64,000 bases of DNA from Candidatus Micrarchaeota archaeon CG1_02_47_40 (GCA_001871475.1 MNVE01000003.1:6630-70629), one strand, 5' to 3'. Positions 45,595 through 55,823 are shown, counted from the first letter of the stretch. The notes: generated by a model from the sequence alone, not told the origin. Program-made: numbers and translations.

Positions 45595-46407
45595 ATGTCA
45601 ATGATATCCACAAAGCAGATGGGCTACGGTTCTGCGGTAATAGGGCTGCTTGGGGTAGTTGGCAGTTTTGCAGGCGGAGGGGGCATTTTCTCCCTCATAG
45701 GCGGCATCGTTGCCGGTTTGGGCGCGGTGCTTGCAATCGGATTTTACAAATACGGCTACGTGCTTTTCCCCTTCCTTACAACCGGGGCAAAAATAGTGCA
45801 GGTTACGGATACCGGCTATGAAATACCCCCGGAGCAGAATGCCATACTAAAGCGAGTCGGCTCAAGCTATTACGCCTCCATGTTTTTGGGGGTGCGCATA
45901 TACGAATCCACAACGGACAAGACGCCCCAGGAGAATATCATTTACTCCGAATACTTTGAGCGGGCGATTTCCTCTGTGCGCTTCGTCACGAAGTTTGCGA
46001 TGTTAGTATACGTAAAAGACATAACCGACTTTAGGGACAAGATGGAGACAAAGCACGCAGAGGCGCAGCTTCGGCTTTCCCGTGAGCGCGACAAATCCGA
46101 GCCGGACGTGCTTAAAATAGACCGCTACGAGCGCGAGGTTTCCATGTGGGAAAACCAGATTTCAAAGCTCACAAAAGGCATCAAGCCCATGGGTTCTATT
46201 GCATACATAATGACTACTGCTACCGGCTCAACAAAAGAAGCCGCGCTGGCTGCGGCAAAATCGCAGGCAAACGAGGTGCGCGCCACGGTGGCAAACGCGC
46301 TCAACGTGGATGTGGTGCCCTTAACAGGAGAAGAAATGAAGCTCTGCTTTGACTGGGAGCACACAATCCCCCCCACGCAAAGGGAAATCGAAAGCCAGCT
46401 TGAATAG
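45595..46407 (+). CDS. Membrane protein (2 N-terminal TM + coiled coil), VirB4-associated
   Basis: Gly-rich TM hairpin, then an alpha/beta domain; 8 nt upstream of the ATPase gene. Confidence 0.7.
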   Translation: MSMISTKQMGYGSAVIGLLGVVGSFAGGGGIFSLIGGIVAGLGAVLAIGFYKYGYVLFPFLTTGAKIVQVTDTGYEIPPEQNAILKRVGSSYYASMFLGVRIYESTTDKTPQENIIYSEYFERAISSVRFVTKFAMLVYVKDITDFRDKMETKHAEAQLRLSRERDKSEPDVLKIDRYEREVSMWENQISKLTKGIKPMGSIAYIMTTATGSTKEAALAAAKSQANEVRATVANALNVDVVPLTGEEMKLCFDWEHTIPPTQREIESQLE

Positions 46408-46415
46408 GTGTAAAA

Positions 46416-47990
46416 ATGGGAAGGATGAAACTATCCCACCTTTTCAACAAGGACCTCGCCAAAAGGAACATCTTCGTGCGCCCGCCGGAGCCGCCCGAAG
46501 AATACCTGATGAACGACCCGGTAAATTCCATTTACATTGGAAGGACAAAAATATTCCACGTCCCATTTTACTGGACATTCCAGAGGATAACAAACCCGCA
46601 CATCTGCGTTGTGGGGATAACCGGCGCGGGAAAAAGCTACTTCGTGAAAACATTCCTGACGCGCGCCTCTTTCGTGTGGGGCACGAACGCATTCATAATA
46701 GACTGGGCAGGGGAGTACAAGGAATGGGTGAAGCAGACGGGCGGGCAGGTAATCTCACTTGGAAAAGGCTCTTACATAAACCTTCTTGATACCGGGGGGA
46801 TGAAGCCCAACGACCGTGTGAAGCAGATAATCCGCACGCTTGAAATATTGACGGATATTGGAAGATACCCGGAGCAAAAGCGCCTCACGGAACAGGCGTG
46901 CGAGCGTGCATATGTGCAGGCAGGATTCAAGATGGACAAGAAAATACAGCGCGACCGCTCGGGCAGCCAGCTGCCCCCTCCCACACTGCGCGACGTGCAG
47001 CACTCGCTTGAGGAGCAGCTCTCGGCAGGCACCTACGAATTTCCCGCAGAGCTTGAGAACGCAATTTACCGTGTAAAGCAATTTACGCGCGAGGGGGAGG
47101 ATTATTTCGCGCAGCAGTCAACCGTGAATTTGGAAAAGCTCACAAATGTAGGGCTTGTGGATTTGGATTTGTCAGGGCTTCCGGACGAGGTTTTCAGGGG
47201 ATTGGCAGGGCTTTCAATGCTGCAATTCCTAAAGGAAAAAATGCGCGAGGCGGGCTGGAGCTCCACAAAGGGGCTGAAGCTGATGATAGTGCTTGATGAG
47301 GCGTGGAAGATTGCAAAGGACGACAATTCGGATGCGGTGATGATTGTCCGCGAGGGAAGGAAATACCAGTTCGGCCTCATAGTCGCATCCCAAAACCCGA
47401 CAGATATTTCAGAGGCGATTTTCTCAAACGTAGGCACAACATTCATACTGCGCGTGAAGTTCGAGCGCTTCCTTGATTACCTGCAGAGCACGCTCAACTT
47501 CTCGGATTACATGAGGGGGGAGATAGGGAAGCTTGGCGTAGGGCAGTGCGCCGTGAACATGGCTTTTCAGACAACCACGGAATTTTCGGAAACGTTCCTC
47601 ATAGACAAGGTGGACGGGGAGGAGCCCCTGCAGGAGCTCTTCCTTGATTTGGAATCCGCCCTGTCGGATGAGGAAAAGAGGGATGAATTTATGGCAAAAG
47701 TAGTTTCATTTGAGAGGGGAGAGCTGAAGAAGAAGCTGTTGTCATTCGGGCTTGACAACGTGCACATAGAAGAAATAATCGGGCTTTTCGGGAAGAAAAA
47801 CAACCACGTGGACGTGGTGTCATTCGTCGTGCTGCTTGAGCGCTACGGCCTGGCGCGCAACAGCATAACCTCGTTTCTCAAGGACGTGGGGATTGACGAT
47901 TCAACGGTCATAAACATCTTCTCAAAGTCCGATTTCAAGAAGCTCGGGATTGAGGACCGCGACATAACGCAGGTAATATTGGAGGAATAA
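46416..47990 (+). CDS. VirB4/HerA-like (DUF87) ATPase with C-terminal helical extension
   Basis: NPHICVVGITGAGKS, IIDWAGEY, IVLDEAW, REGRKY, ASQNPTD. Confidence 0.9.
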   Translation: MGRMKLSHLFNKDLAKRNIFVRPPEPPEEYLMNDPVNSIYIGRTKIFHVPFYWTFQRITNPHICVVGITGAGKSYFVKTFLTRASFVWGTNAFIIDWAGEYKEWVKQTGGQVISLGKGSYINLLDTGGMKPNDRVKQIIRTLEILTDIGRYPEQKRLTEQACERAYVQAGFKMDKKIQRDRSGSQLPPPTLRDVQHSLEEQLSAGTYEFPAELENAIYRVKQFTREGEDYFAQQSTVNLEKLTNVGLVDLDLSGLPDEVFRGLAGLSMLQFLKEKMREAGWSSTKGLKLMIVLDEAWKIAKDDNSDAVMIVREGRKYQFGLIVASQNPTDISEAIFSNVGTTFILRVKFERFLDYLQSTLNFSDYMRGEIGKLGVGQCAVNMAFQTTTEFSETFLIDKVDGEEPLQELFLDLESALSDEEKRDEFMAKVVSFERGELKKKLLSFGLDNVHIEEIIGLFGKKNNHVDVVSFVVLLERYGLARNSITSFLKDVGIDDSTVINIFSKSDFKKLGIEDRDITQVILEE

Positions 47991-48014
47991 CGGCTGACGG
48001 CTTCCGCCGTCAAG

Positions 48015-48062
48015 GGTGATTTGAATGCAAAGAGGAATGGTGATTTGAATGCAAAGAGGAAT
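48015..48062 (+). repeat. Perfect 24-bp tandem duplication spanning SD and start codon
   Basis: ggtgatttgaatgcaaagaggaat x2. Confidence 0.85.
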
Positions 48063-48528
48063 TTGTATAATTTCCGAAACAGAAACGGAAGGGTATCCCA
48101 TAAAGGAGGATTTTGTGATAAGCTCCCTGCGAAAACTGAAGCGGATTTTCGGCATAGCGCGCAACAACACGCTCGTGGTGGGGAGGGACAGCCTTGAGGA
48201 GTATAAAAAAAGGCGCTCAAAATTCGAGAAAACATTCGTGCAGTATGCGGCGATTGCAATAATACTGGTGCTTGCAATCGTGGTGCTGCCATTGCTTTTG
48301 GGCGCGCCGTTTTCAATCGGCTCCGTTCTCATGTCAATGGTGATAGGCGCATTGATAATTGCGTTTTCCCTGACTTCATACTTGCCCGCTATATATGCAG
48401 AAGGAGAAAAAGAGCCAAAGAAACAACCAACCATACTGACGGCAGTTGCAGCAACTCAAAAGAAATCCTCCCTTAAAAAACAAAAAACAGGCATCAACGT
48501 GTTTAAGAAAACACGTCTGAAAAAATAG
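48049..48528 (+). CDS. Small 2-TM membrane protein
   Basis: Two TM helices and a Lys-rich tail; inside the VirB4 operon. Confidence 0.72.
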   Translation: MQRGICIISETETEGYPIKEDFVISSLRKLKRIFGIARNNTLVVGRDSLEEYKKRRSKFEKTFVQYAAIAIILVLAIVVLPLLLGAPFSIGSVLMSMVIGALIIAFSLTSYLPAIYAEGEKEPKKQPTILTAVAATQKKSSLKKQKTGINVFKKTRLKK

Positions 48529-48555
48529 GAATTTTTTCAAAAAACGGTGAATTGA

Positions 48556-49290
48556 TTGGTGCAGAAAAAACAGGAAGAAGCGGTTCCCCCGAAAGTGAGC
48601 GGGCTTTCCCTAGAGTGCAAAAGGCTTTCCTCCACGCGTGAAATTTTTGAATCTCTTTCTTCCTTGAGCTTTCTTGAGCTTCTCCAGGAAGAAGATGCGG
48701 TGGTTGCGATAAATGTGGAGAGCCGCGACATAAGGCGCAACCCCTACTTATTTTCCATCTGCTACTTCCGCCCCCTAAAAATAGAAATAATTTACACTTA
48801 CACCGCAGGCATGAGCCCGAAAAAAAGGCGGCTTGACATTTTGCGCTACCTCCTAAACCTCCTTACCCTGACGAGCAGCCGCCATGAGATAGACATGAGG
48901 CAGGCATACCAGCTTCTTGAAGATGCAATCAGCGAGATGAACGAATACGTGACAAGCGACTACGACAAGCTCTATTCAGTTTACGACAACATGAAGAACG
49001 AGATAACCACCATGCAGAAGAAGCTCGCCGAGCTTAGGGGGGCAAACGCCCTGCTCTCAAAGGAAAATTATGATTTGAAACTCGTGCGCGACGAGCTCCA
49101 GCTTAAGGTTTCGGCGGCGCAGGCAATGTCCGACGACGTGCTTGCAGCGAAGATACAGGAGTGGGTTTCCGAACACGACTCCGAGATAAACATCACCGAG
49201 TTCTCAAAAACTTTCAATGTTCCCGAAACAAGAGTGGAGCAGATGCTAAATCGGCTGGTTTCCGAAGGATACCTTTCAGCAAGGCAGTAA
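48556..49290 (+). CDS. Coiled-coil protein with C-terminal winged helix
   Basis: Heptad region aa ~120-195; KIQEWV..INITEFSKTFNVPETRVEQMLNRLVSEGYL. Confidence 0.72.
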   Translation: MVQKKQEEAVPPKVSGLSLECKRLSSTREIFESLSSLSFLELLQEEDAVVAINVESRDIRRNPYLFSICYFRPLKIEIIYTYTAGMSPKKRRLDILRYLLNLLTLTSSRHEIDMRQAYQLLEDAISEMNEYVTSDYDKLYSVYDNMKNEITTMQKKLAELRGANALLSKENYDLKLVRDELQLKVSAAQAMSDDVLAAKIQEWVSEHDSEINITEFSKTFNVPETRVEQMLNRLVSEGYLSARQ

Positions 49291-49332
49291 TAATGCCTCT
49301 AAAAATTCAGGCATTGGGGCTGGAATTGAATT

Positions 49333-51903
49333 ATGGAAGAGGATGACAAAGGGCTAAAATTCAAGATTTCAAAAAAAGCCTACGTTTTTGACATAACCCG
49401 CAGGTTCTCAAACGTGAAGCGGTTTTCAAAAGCAAAGCCGCAGGAGGGAGCGGGCTCTCCCATGCAGGCATTATCAGGTTTCCTCGGCAAGGGAGGAAAG
49501 GAAATGAAGCGCTGGGGGGCAAGGGAGGGTGCGGTGCTGCCGCAACCGGGAAAAAAAGGGAAAATGCCCTCTCAGCCCGCAAACCAGGTAGTGCGCATGG
49601 CTCTTTTTGCAGCAATTGCCGTAATCGCCGTTCTTGCACTTGTCATACTCTGGATTGGAAGCTATGGGCCGGTGTCAGGCGCACAGGCGCAGGGGCAGGC
49701 GGAATACTCCCCCTTTCTTGAATTCGGGGTTGAAAACCAGCAGGTGCTGAATTTCGGCGATTCAAAAAACCTCTACACAATCTATTTTGAAATTCCCTTC
49801 ACACAGCGCGACGTTTCAAGCGCAACAATTCGGGCAAAATATTATTCTGAAAAACTCCCATCGCAGATTTTCGTGCTCCAAACCCCGCGCCAGCAGGCTG
49901 AATCCTATCCGGAATTTAGAAAAAGCCTTGAGAAGCAGCTTTCCGGGCGCGGGCTTTCCGTAAGCGACATCTCCATTGAGCAGCTGAAATCGCTCCCCCC
50001 TAGCACACTTGTAATAATACCAAGCGGCTACTTTCCCCAATCCCTCCTTGAAGGGGATTTCACTTACGCGGAGCTTTTGCGCCGCCAGACGGTCATACTT
50101 TATATGGGCTTCCCGCTTGAGCAGATGCTTTCCGAAAACGGCTATCCTGTAGCGACTCCTGCAAACATCTCATCAACACTGCCATTCTCATTTTCAGGGA
50201 AGGCATCTCCTTCAACCGACGGGTTTAACCTTTTTGACCCCCTCTACAGCGCAACCTCCAAAAACCAGCAAGCAGTCTTACCGGTATGGGGCTCGGTTTC
50301 AGCAGTGAAAATGGATTCAGGCTATATTCTCTTCCTGCCCCAGACGCTTGACGGGGGCTGGAGCAGAAACGGCACAGCGGCGGCAATGGACGTTTCAAGG
50401 CTCGTTTTCGAGTCCCCCTGGCAGCCGCCCTTGTCTATTTCGGAAATTTATCTTGACACGGCAAACACCACCTCGGGGCGGATTCTGATTTTTTCAAATC
50501 CAATTTCGCGCCCCGAAGTTTTCATCCAGCTCTATGCCGAGGGCGTTTCTCCAGACTCAAAAACATATGCCCTGACAAAGCAGATTTCTGTGAAAAAGGC
50601 GCAAAACTCCGACATATACATAAAAGGAGGCAGCGTTTTCCTCCCCACATACCTGACAGGGCAGAAAATACGCCTGACGCTTGATTTCAAGGAGCCGGCA
50701 TTCTCGGAAAAAAAGCTTTTCCTCCAGACAGTGCTTGACGGACAGGCGCAAAAAAGCGAGCGCATACAGGAGGGGCTGACATCTTTACAGTCTCAGATTC
50801 CTTTTGACTATGATTCCTCACTTCCCCCGGGAAAATACATCCTGCGCGTAGTTGACTCGGCAGGAAAAATGTATTCGCAGGCGATAGGCGAAATTGCCGA
50901 TTTCCAGGTAGTGTCGCAAAGCGCGGATTTTAAGAAAGGAAATTTTCAATTTGGCTTTACCTCCCCGATTGCATCGCAAATCAACTTCACCTCCCTTCAT
51001 GCAAGCGTTGACGGGAAGTTCCTTCAGGAAATCCCTGCAGGCAGCACTGCCAACTACTTCGTCCCGAACCTCGCAAGCGGGCCCCATACATTTTATTTTG
51101 AGTTTGAAGGCGGGTATGGAAAGAGCATACTGCTTGATTACCGCGTGCAGAAGCAGTTCTACGACAACCCTATTGTCGTTTTTTTGGGAATAATCACCCT
51201 GGTGTTTTTTGTTGTCGGCACATTCATGCGCAGGCCGGAGCGCGAGCTTTACTACCTTGACGTGCCTGACTTCCCCCCGATTTCCGCAATCAAAGTGCCT
51301 GTCGGGAAAGCAAGCGTGCTCTCTCTCTTTGACAAGATAAATAAGAATTACTCCTGGGAACGGATGCCCCTCTCTCTTGACGAGCTGAAAGGGGGCTTTT
51401 CCTCCCTCCGCCACAACGGAAAGCCCATCGTGGTCGGCTCCTACAACCTTGAGCGCGTTCTCTCAAAAATACAGGGGAGCAGCGGGGAAATAAAGGAGGT
51501 TTTCGGGCTTTGGGGCATGCGAAGGTGGGAGGAGGAGTCTGGAAGAAGCCTCAAAAACCTTTCAATGTTCCGCCTCATCCGCGACGTTTTCGTGAACAGG
51601 ACTGTGCCATTTCTGCGCCCAAAAGAAAAAGACGGGCCTGACGCGAAGATAAAAATATCAAAAACTGATTACAACATCTATCTCTTTGAAGACGAGTCCT
51701 CTGCAGCCCGCGCCCTGTCCACCCTTGATGGGGCGCCCTCAATAATCGTATTTGAGAGAAAAAAAGAGATCTCCGATTTTTGCGACAGGCTCGTTTCAAC
51801 TGATGAAACCGCAGTGCGCCTGAAGCTTGAAATAAGCTCCGAGAGGGTGTTTCTTGTTTCACTTGAGGAGCTTGGGGCGTTTATTGATTCGAAGAAGGTT
51901 TAG
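49333..51903 (+). CDS. Large 2-TM protein with extracellular beta-rich domain and cytoplasmic C-terminal domain
   Basis: TM at aa ~90-110 and ~615-635; last gene of the VirB4 operon. Confidence 0.72.
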   Translation: MEEDDKGLKFKISKKAYVFDITRRFSNVKRFSKAKPQEGAGSPMQALSGFLGKGGKEMKRWGAREGAVLPQPGKKGKMPSQPANQVVRMALFAAIAVIAVLALVILWIGSYGPVSGAQAQGQAEYSPFLEFGVENQQVLNFGDSKNLYTIYFEIPFTQRDVSSATIRAKYYSEKLPSQIFVLQTPRQQAESYPEFRKSLEKQLSGRGLSVSDISIEQLKSLPPSTLVIIPSGYFPQSLLEGDFTYAELLRRQTVILYMGFPLEQMLSENGYPVATPANISSTLPFSFSGKASPSTDGFNLFDPLYSATSKNQQAVLPVWGSVSAVKMDSGYILFLPQTLDGGWSRNGTAAAMDVSRLVFESPWQPPLSISEIYLDTANTTSGRILIFSNPISRPEVFIQLYAEGVSPDSKTYALTKQISVKKAQNSDIYIKGGSVFLPTYLTGQKIRLTLDFKEPAFSEKKLFLQTVLDGQAQKSERIQEGLTSLQSQIPFDYDSSLPPGKYILRVVDSAGKMYSQAIGEIADFQVVSQSADFKKGNFQFGFTSPIASQINFTSLHASVDGKFLQEIPAGSTANYFVPNLASGPHTFYFEFEGGYGKSILLDYRVQKQFYDNPIVVFLGIITLVFFVVGTFMRRPERELYYLDVPDFPPISAIKVPVGKASVLSLFDKINKNYSWERMPLSLDELKGGFSSLRHNGKPIVVGSYNLERVLSKIQGSSGEIKEVFGLWGMRRWEEESGRSLKNLSMFRLIRDVFVNRTVPFLRPKEKDGPDAKIKISKTDYNIYLFEDESSAARALSTLDGAPSIIVFERKKEISDFCDRLVSTDETAVRLKLEISSERVFLVSLEELGAFIDSKKV

Positions 51904-51906
51904 AAT

Positions 51907-53040
51907 TTATTTCAGCAATCCTTCATAAACCTTCAGCATCTTCTCTGCGCACTTCTCCTTTGAATAGGCAAGCGCGCTTTTCCTTGCAAATTTCCCCATC
52001 CTCCCCCCATCTTCAATCGCCATCAGGATTTTTTCCGCGCAATCCTCCCCATCATGAAAGCAGTATCCGCTCTTTCCCTCACTTATGAATTCTGCAGTCG
52101 CTGATTTTTTCGGCGCGCACACAGGCACTCCGCAGGAAAGCGCTTCAAGCGCAGTCATTCCCTGCGTCTCAAACAGGGAGGGAAGCACGAATACGTCAGC
52201 AGCGCAATAAAAGCTCCTCAATTCCCCTTCCGGCACGAAGCCGGTGAAAAGGAACATCCCCTCAAGATTGCTTTTTTTCACAATCCCCTCATAATACTCA
52301 AGCGCCGGCCCCCTTCCCGCAACCACGAACACGCTGTCCGGCAGCTCGCTTCTTATTATTCCTGCCGCCTCAATAAGCACATCAAGGCTTTTTTCCTTTG
52401 CAACTCTTCCAAGGTAAAGTATGACCCTTTTCCCGGAAATTCCAAGCCTCTTTTTCACCGCCTCCCCCTCTTTTTTTGAATGGGAAAACTTTTCCACATC
52501 CACGCCGCTTGGGACAATCACGCTCTCTATTCCGTGCTCTGCAAGTATCCTCCGCGTGCTCTCACTCGGGCAGGTCACCTCATCAAAACAATTGTAATAC
52601 GCCTGCAGGTATTTCCAAATCAGTCTGCCTCCCACTCCCTGCGCGGTTTCCCCCCAGCCCAAATAATGCGTTGCACCGGTCACAAGCGTGTGAAACGTAG
52701 CAACCGAGGGCACACGGAGAAATTTCGAAGTCTGTACAGCCGCCAGCCCCATCGTGGCAACCGCGTGCGAGTGCACGAGCCCAATCCCAAGCTTTCTTGC
52801 CTTTAGCGGGGCAAAAAAAGGGAAAAGCGCCACCTTGTAATCAGGGTAAGGGGCGAATTTTGCAGAAGTGTAATAAAACACATTCCTGTCCCGGTTTTCA
52901 ATCCTGTCGCACTCGCTTCCCGAAGAAAAAACATACACCTTATTTTTTTTTCCCTCCAGAAATTCGCACATGGAGAGTATTGACGTGACAACTCCGTCTT
53001 TATTTGGAAGGTAAGTATCTGTAAAAAATGCAATTTTCAT
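51907..53040 (-). CDS. GT4 glycosyltransferase
   Basis: MKIAFFTDTYLP..DGV, GRVAKEK, ETQGMTALEA. Confidence 0.9.
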   Translation of the reverse strand: MKIAFFTDTYLPNKDGVVTSILSMCEFLEGKKNKVYVFSSGSECDRIENRDRNVFYYTSAKFAPYPDYKVALFPFFAPLKARKLGIGLVHSHAVATMGLAAVQTSKFLRVPSVATFHTLVTGATHYLGWGETAQGVGGRLIWKYLQAYYNCFDEVTCPSESTRRILAEHGIESVIVPSGVDVEKFSHSKKEGEAVKKRLGISGKRVILYLGRVAKEKSLDVLIEAAGIIRSELPDSVFVVAGRGPALEYYEGIVKKSNLEGMFLFTGFVPEGELRSFYCAADVFVLPSLFETQGMTALEALSCGVPVCAPKKSATAEFISEGKSGYCFHDGEDCAEKILMAIEDGGRMGKFARKSALAYSKEKCAEKMLKVYEGLLK

Positions 53041-53061
53041 TTTTCTCAATTCCAAACGGTC

Positions 53062-54852
53062 CTACTTTATTTTAGTCAGCCCCCAAAGAATCGCAACAAC
53101 AGTGCCTATCAGTATAGTGGGTGCCGCAATCCTCGCAATCGCAACCACCGAGCTTATCGTTGCGACCATTTCTATTGACTGCCTTGAGCCGAACACCTCA
53201 ATCTTCATCCTTCCAAGAGCAGAGCCGGCTTTCACCTCCTCAAGATTGGCATAAGCGCTTAAGAGGCACTCCAAAACCGCATCAGCAGTCTTTGCGCCCC
53301 CCCGCTTCCCTATGGGGTTTAGCACCCCCTGCACGTTGTTTATCTCGTGCGTGTCAGTTGTGAATACCTCGCATCCTATCTTCTGTCCCTTTCCCCTGCC
53401 CCACTTCTGCACGGTTTCAATAAGCTCGCTTCTGAATTCTGGTGTCACCCCGTTTGAGTCAATCACAACATATGCAAACAATTTTCCAACATCAAAGAGC
53501 GCCACTTTTATCCCGTTCCCTCCGATTGCAGGCTCTCCGACTGGGTTTTTTCTTCCGATTCCAAGCCGCATTTTTTTCATATCTGCCTTTTTTGAAAGCG
53601 CGTCAAGCAGCGCATCTTCCATCTCAAATGCAATTGGCGAGCCGGGCTCCACAGAAGCAATATCCCCTGTTTCCGAGTTGTGCTCATCCACAACGATTGC
53701 AGTTTTAGCATATCTGCCTGCAACGTTCATAAGCGAGCGCCCGATGGCAAAATTCACATCCTCCGTGGTTTTCGGCGCCCGCGTGAAAGAGGCAAACGCG
53801 CAATCATTCACCAGGAGGCAGAGCGCGCCCGAGTCTCCGCTTTTCCCTTCCAAAATCGCCCCCTTGGCAGGCGAGAATTTCATCTTCTTTCTTTCAAATT
53901 CATACGCCTGCATTATTTTTTCCGCTTCAGTGCCAGCAACCGGGTTAAAATCATGCGTGCAGGTGCCATGGAACACAAACACTTCCCCTCCTTCTTGTTT
54001 TCCTATCCTCTGCGCAAGAATTTTCGGGAATTCGCTCCCGCCCAGATTTCCAAACGGACCAAAGTGCACGTAAGGCACTATGAATGTGGTTTTCTGCCGC
54101 TTCCCCTCAAAGCAGAGCACCCCAAGCAGCGTTTCAACCTCCTCTCCCATCTCTTCAAACGTCTCTTCCAAATCCTTTTCCCGGTTCAGCCACTGCGCGG
54201 CAAACATACTGATGGCATCAGTGCTTTTCACCCCGATGTTTCTTTTCATCGGCGCGTTTATGAGAAAGAAAAGCATGTACAGCCCGACAAGGAAGAGAAA
54301 TGAGGCAAAATACATCTTCAGTATTGCAAGCAGCCAGTCCTGCTCAATTTCAATCTGCCTGCTTGCAAGGAGAAATGCTGCGTTGTAGCATAGCTGCAGC
54401 AATGAAAATAAGAAAGCGGTTTTTCCCAATCCAAACACTGTCCCCACGATGAAAAACCACGTGACGAACGCAAGCCCAAACCCAACGAACACCACCTCGT
54501 TTCCAAGGGGCATTCCCGCCCGCTCAAGCAATGCGCCTGCAATGTAAAAACTCCCATATACTGCCGCCGCGACAAGGGAGAGGAAAATCACCCTTCGCAG
54601 CACAATCTCCCGCCTTACTATGTAAAAAGTGATTGCCGAGAGGAGAGCAGGCACGGTTATTAGGAAAATTCCGGTTGCCATGCCCTCAACCGCAGAGGAG
54701 AATCCTACCTCTCCCTTCCTTATGGAAATTATTGCTATCCCGAAAATCATACCTACAAGCGCAAGGTAAAGCCACAGCACCCTTGCCCTTGGCAGGCTCA
54801 TGAAATACTTCGTGAGGTTTACGGCGCGTTCAGCAGAACCCATCAATTTCAT
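53062..54852 (-). CDS. DUF2070-family membrane protein
   Basis: ~6 TM, then VHFGPFGNLGGS, HGTCTHDFNP, DEHNS, DSNG, TTDTH. Confidence 0.88.
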   Translation of the reverse strand: MKLMGSAERAVNLTKYFMSLPRARVLWLYLALVGMIFGIAIISIRKGEVGFSSAVEGMATGIFLITVPALLSAITFYIVRREIVLRRVIFLSLVAAAVYGSFYIAGALLERAGMPLGNEVVFVGFGLAFVTWFFIVGTVFGLGKTAFLFSLLQLCYNAAFLLASRQIEIEQDWLLAILKMYFASFLFLVGLYMLFFLINAPMKRNIGVKSTDAISMFAAQWLNREKDLEETFEEMGEEVETLLGVLCFEGKRQKTTFIVPYVHFGPFGNLGGSEFPKILAQRIGKQEGGEVFVFHGTCTHDFNPVAGTEAEKIMQAYEFERKKMKFSPAKGAILEGKSGDSGALCLLVNDCAFASFTRAPKTTEDVNFAIGRSLMNVAGRYAKTAIVVDEHNSETGDIASVEPGSPIAFEMEDALLDALSKKADMKKMRLGIGRKNPVGEPAIGGNGIKVALFDVGKLFAYVVIDSNGVTPEFRSELIETVQKWGRGKGQKIGCEVFTTDTHEINNVQGVLNPIGKRGGAKTADAVLECLLSAYANLEEVKAGSALGRMKIEVFGSRQSIEMVATISSVVAIARIAAPTILIGTVVAILWGLTKIK

Positions 54853-54912
54853 CTCCTAACCGTTATAATCTCGTATATCTTTATAAAAACCCCCCCTCCC
54901 CAATAACCTCCT

Positions 54913-55536
54913 ATGGAAAAAATCTGCCCAAGATGCGGCATTTCCTCAAAAACCGCCCCCTTCGCAGGCAATTTCTGCGAGAACTGCTACCCGCTTAGCG
55001 TGCGCATCCCAATGGCGGTTAACGTTTTACAGTGCAAAAAGTGCCGCCATATAAAATATGCGGGCTGGTCAGCGCCAACGCCAGAAAACCTAACCCATAT
55101 CATTCTCAAGCAGAGCAAGGGAAAGGTTGCATCCGCCCGCTTTGACAAGAAGAACTCCCTGCTTGCAGTTGAAATGGATTCCGCGCACGGCACTTTCATA
55201 AAATCATTTCCCGTGGAAATAATTTATTCTCCCTCCCTCTGCGACACCTGCTCAAAATCCGCAGGCAGCTACTCGGAAGCGATAATACAGCTTAGGGGGA
55301 ACAAGGAGAAGATAGAAAAATACATTGACAAGCTCCAGTCAAGGATTCGCAGGAAAACCTTCATTTCCCGCACCGTTTCCCTTTCTGAGGGAATTGACTT
55401 TTACGTCGGGGATAAGATAGAGGCGCTGCGGGCGCTGCAGAACTTTGATTTGGAATATCTGCGCACGGAAAAGCTGGTGGGGCAGAGAAAAGACGGGAGA
55501 AGGATTTACCGCTCAACTTTTCGGGTGCGGTTCTAA
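54913..55536 (+). CDS. NMD3-family ribosome biogenesis protein
   Basis: Four CxxC pairs, EAIIQLRG, GIDFY, KLVG..DGRRIYR. Confidence 0.9.
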   Translation: MEKICPRCGISSKTAPFAGNFCENCYPLSVRIPMAVNVLQCKKCRHIKYAGWSAPTPENLTHIILKQSKGKVASARFDKKNSLLAVEMDSAHGTFIKSFPVEIIYSPSLCDTCSKSAGSYSEAIIQLRGNKEKIEKYIDKLQSRIRRKTFISRTVSLSEGIDFYVGDKIEALRALQNFDLEYLRTEKLVGQRKDGRRIYRSTFRVRF

Positions 55537-55823
55537 ATTTTCACTAATCCTCTTTTCTTAAGCTCTTCCGCCCCCTGCGGGTTCCAAAGCCAGCTAACCG
55601 TCTTATCAGCTTCAACATGTATTTTTCCGGAATATTCCAGATAATCAAGTATGGTGACAAAAGTCGTCCACATGACTTTTTTCTTTAAGTTTTTCCATAT
55701 TTCCGTTATGGTTTTTGAGCTCCTGCTCCTGAAAAGCTCCTTTTCCATCATGAGTATGGTGTCAAGCCTGGGATACCTGTCAAGGTTTTTCGGCTTAAAT
55801 TCAGTTAGAGTTGTAGCCCCCAT
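55533..55823 (-). CDS. Small putative winged-helix regulator
   Basis: PRLDTILMME..LKKKVMWTTFVTILDYLEYSGKI; operator-like palindromes upstream. Confidence 0.65.
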   Translation of the reverse strand: MGATTLTEFKPKNLDRYPRLDTILMMEKELFRSRSSKTITEIWKNLKKKVMWTTFVTILDYLEYSGKIHVEADKTVSWLWNPQGAEELKKRGLVKI

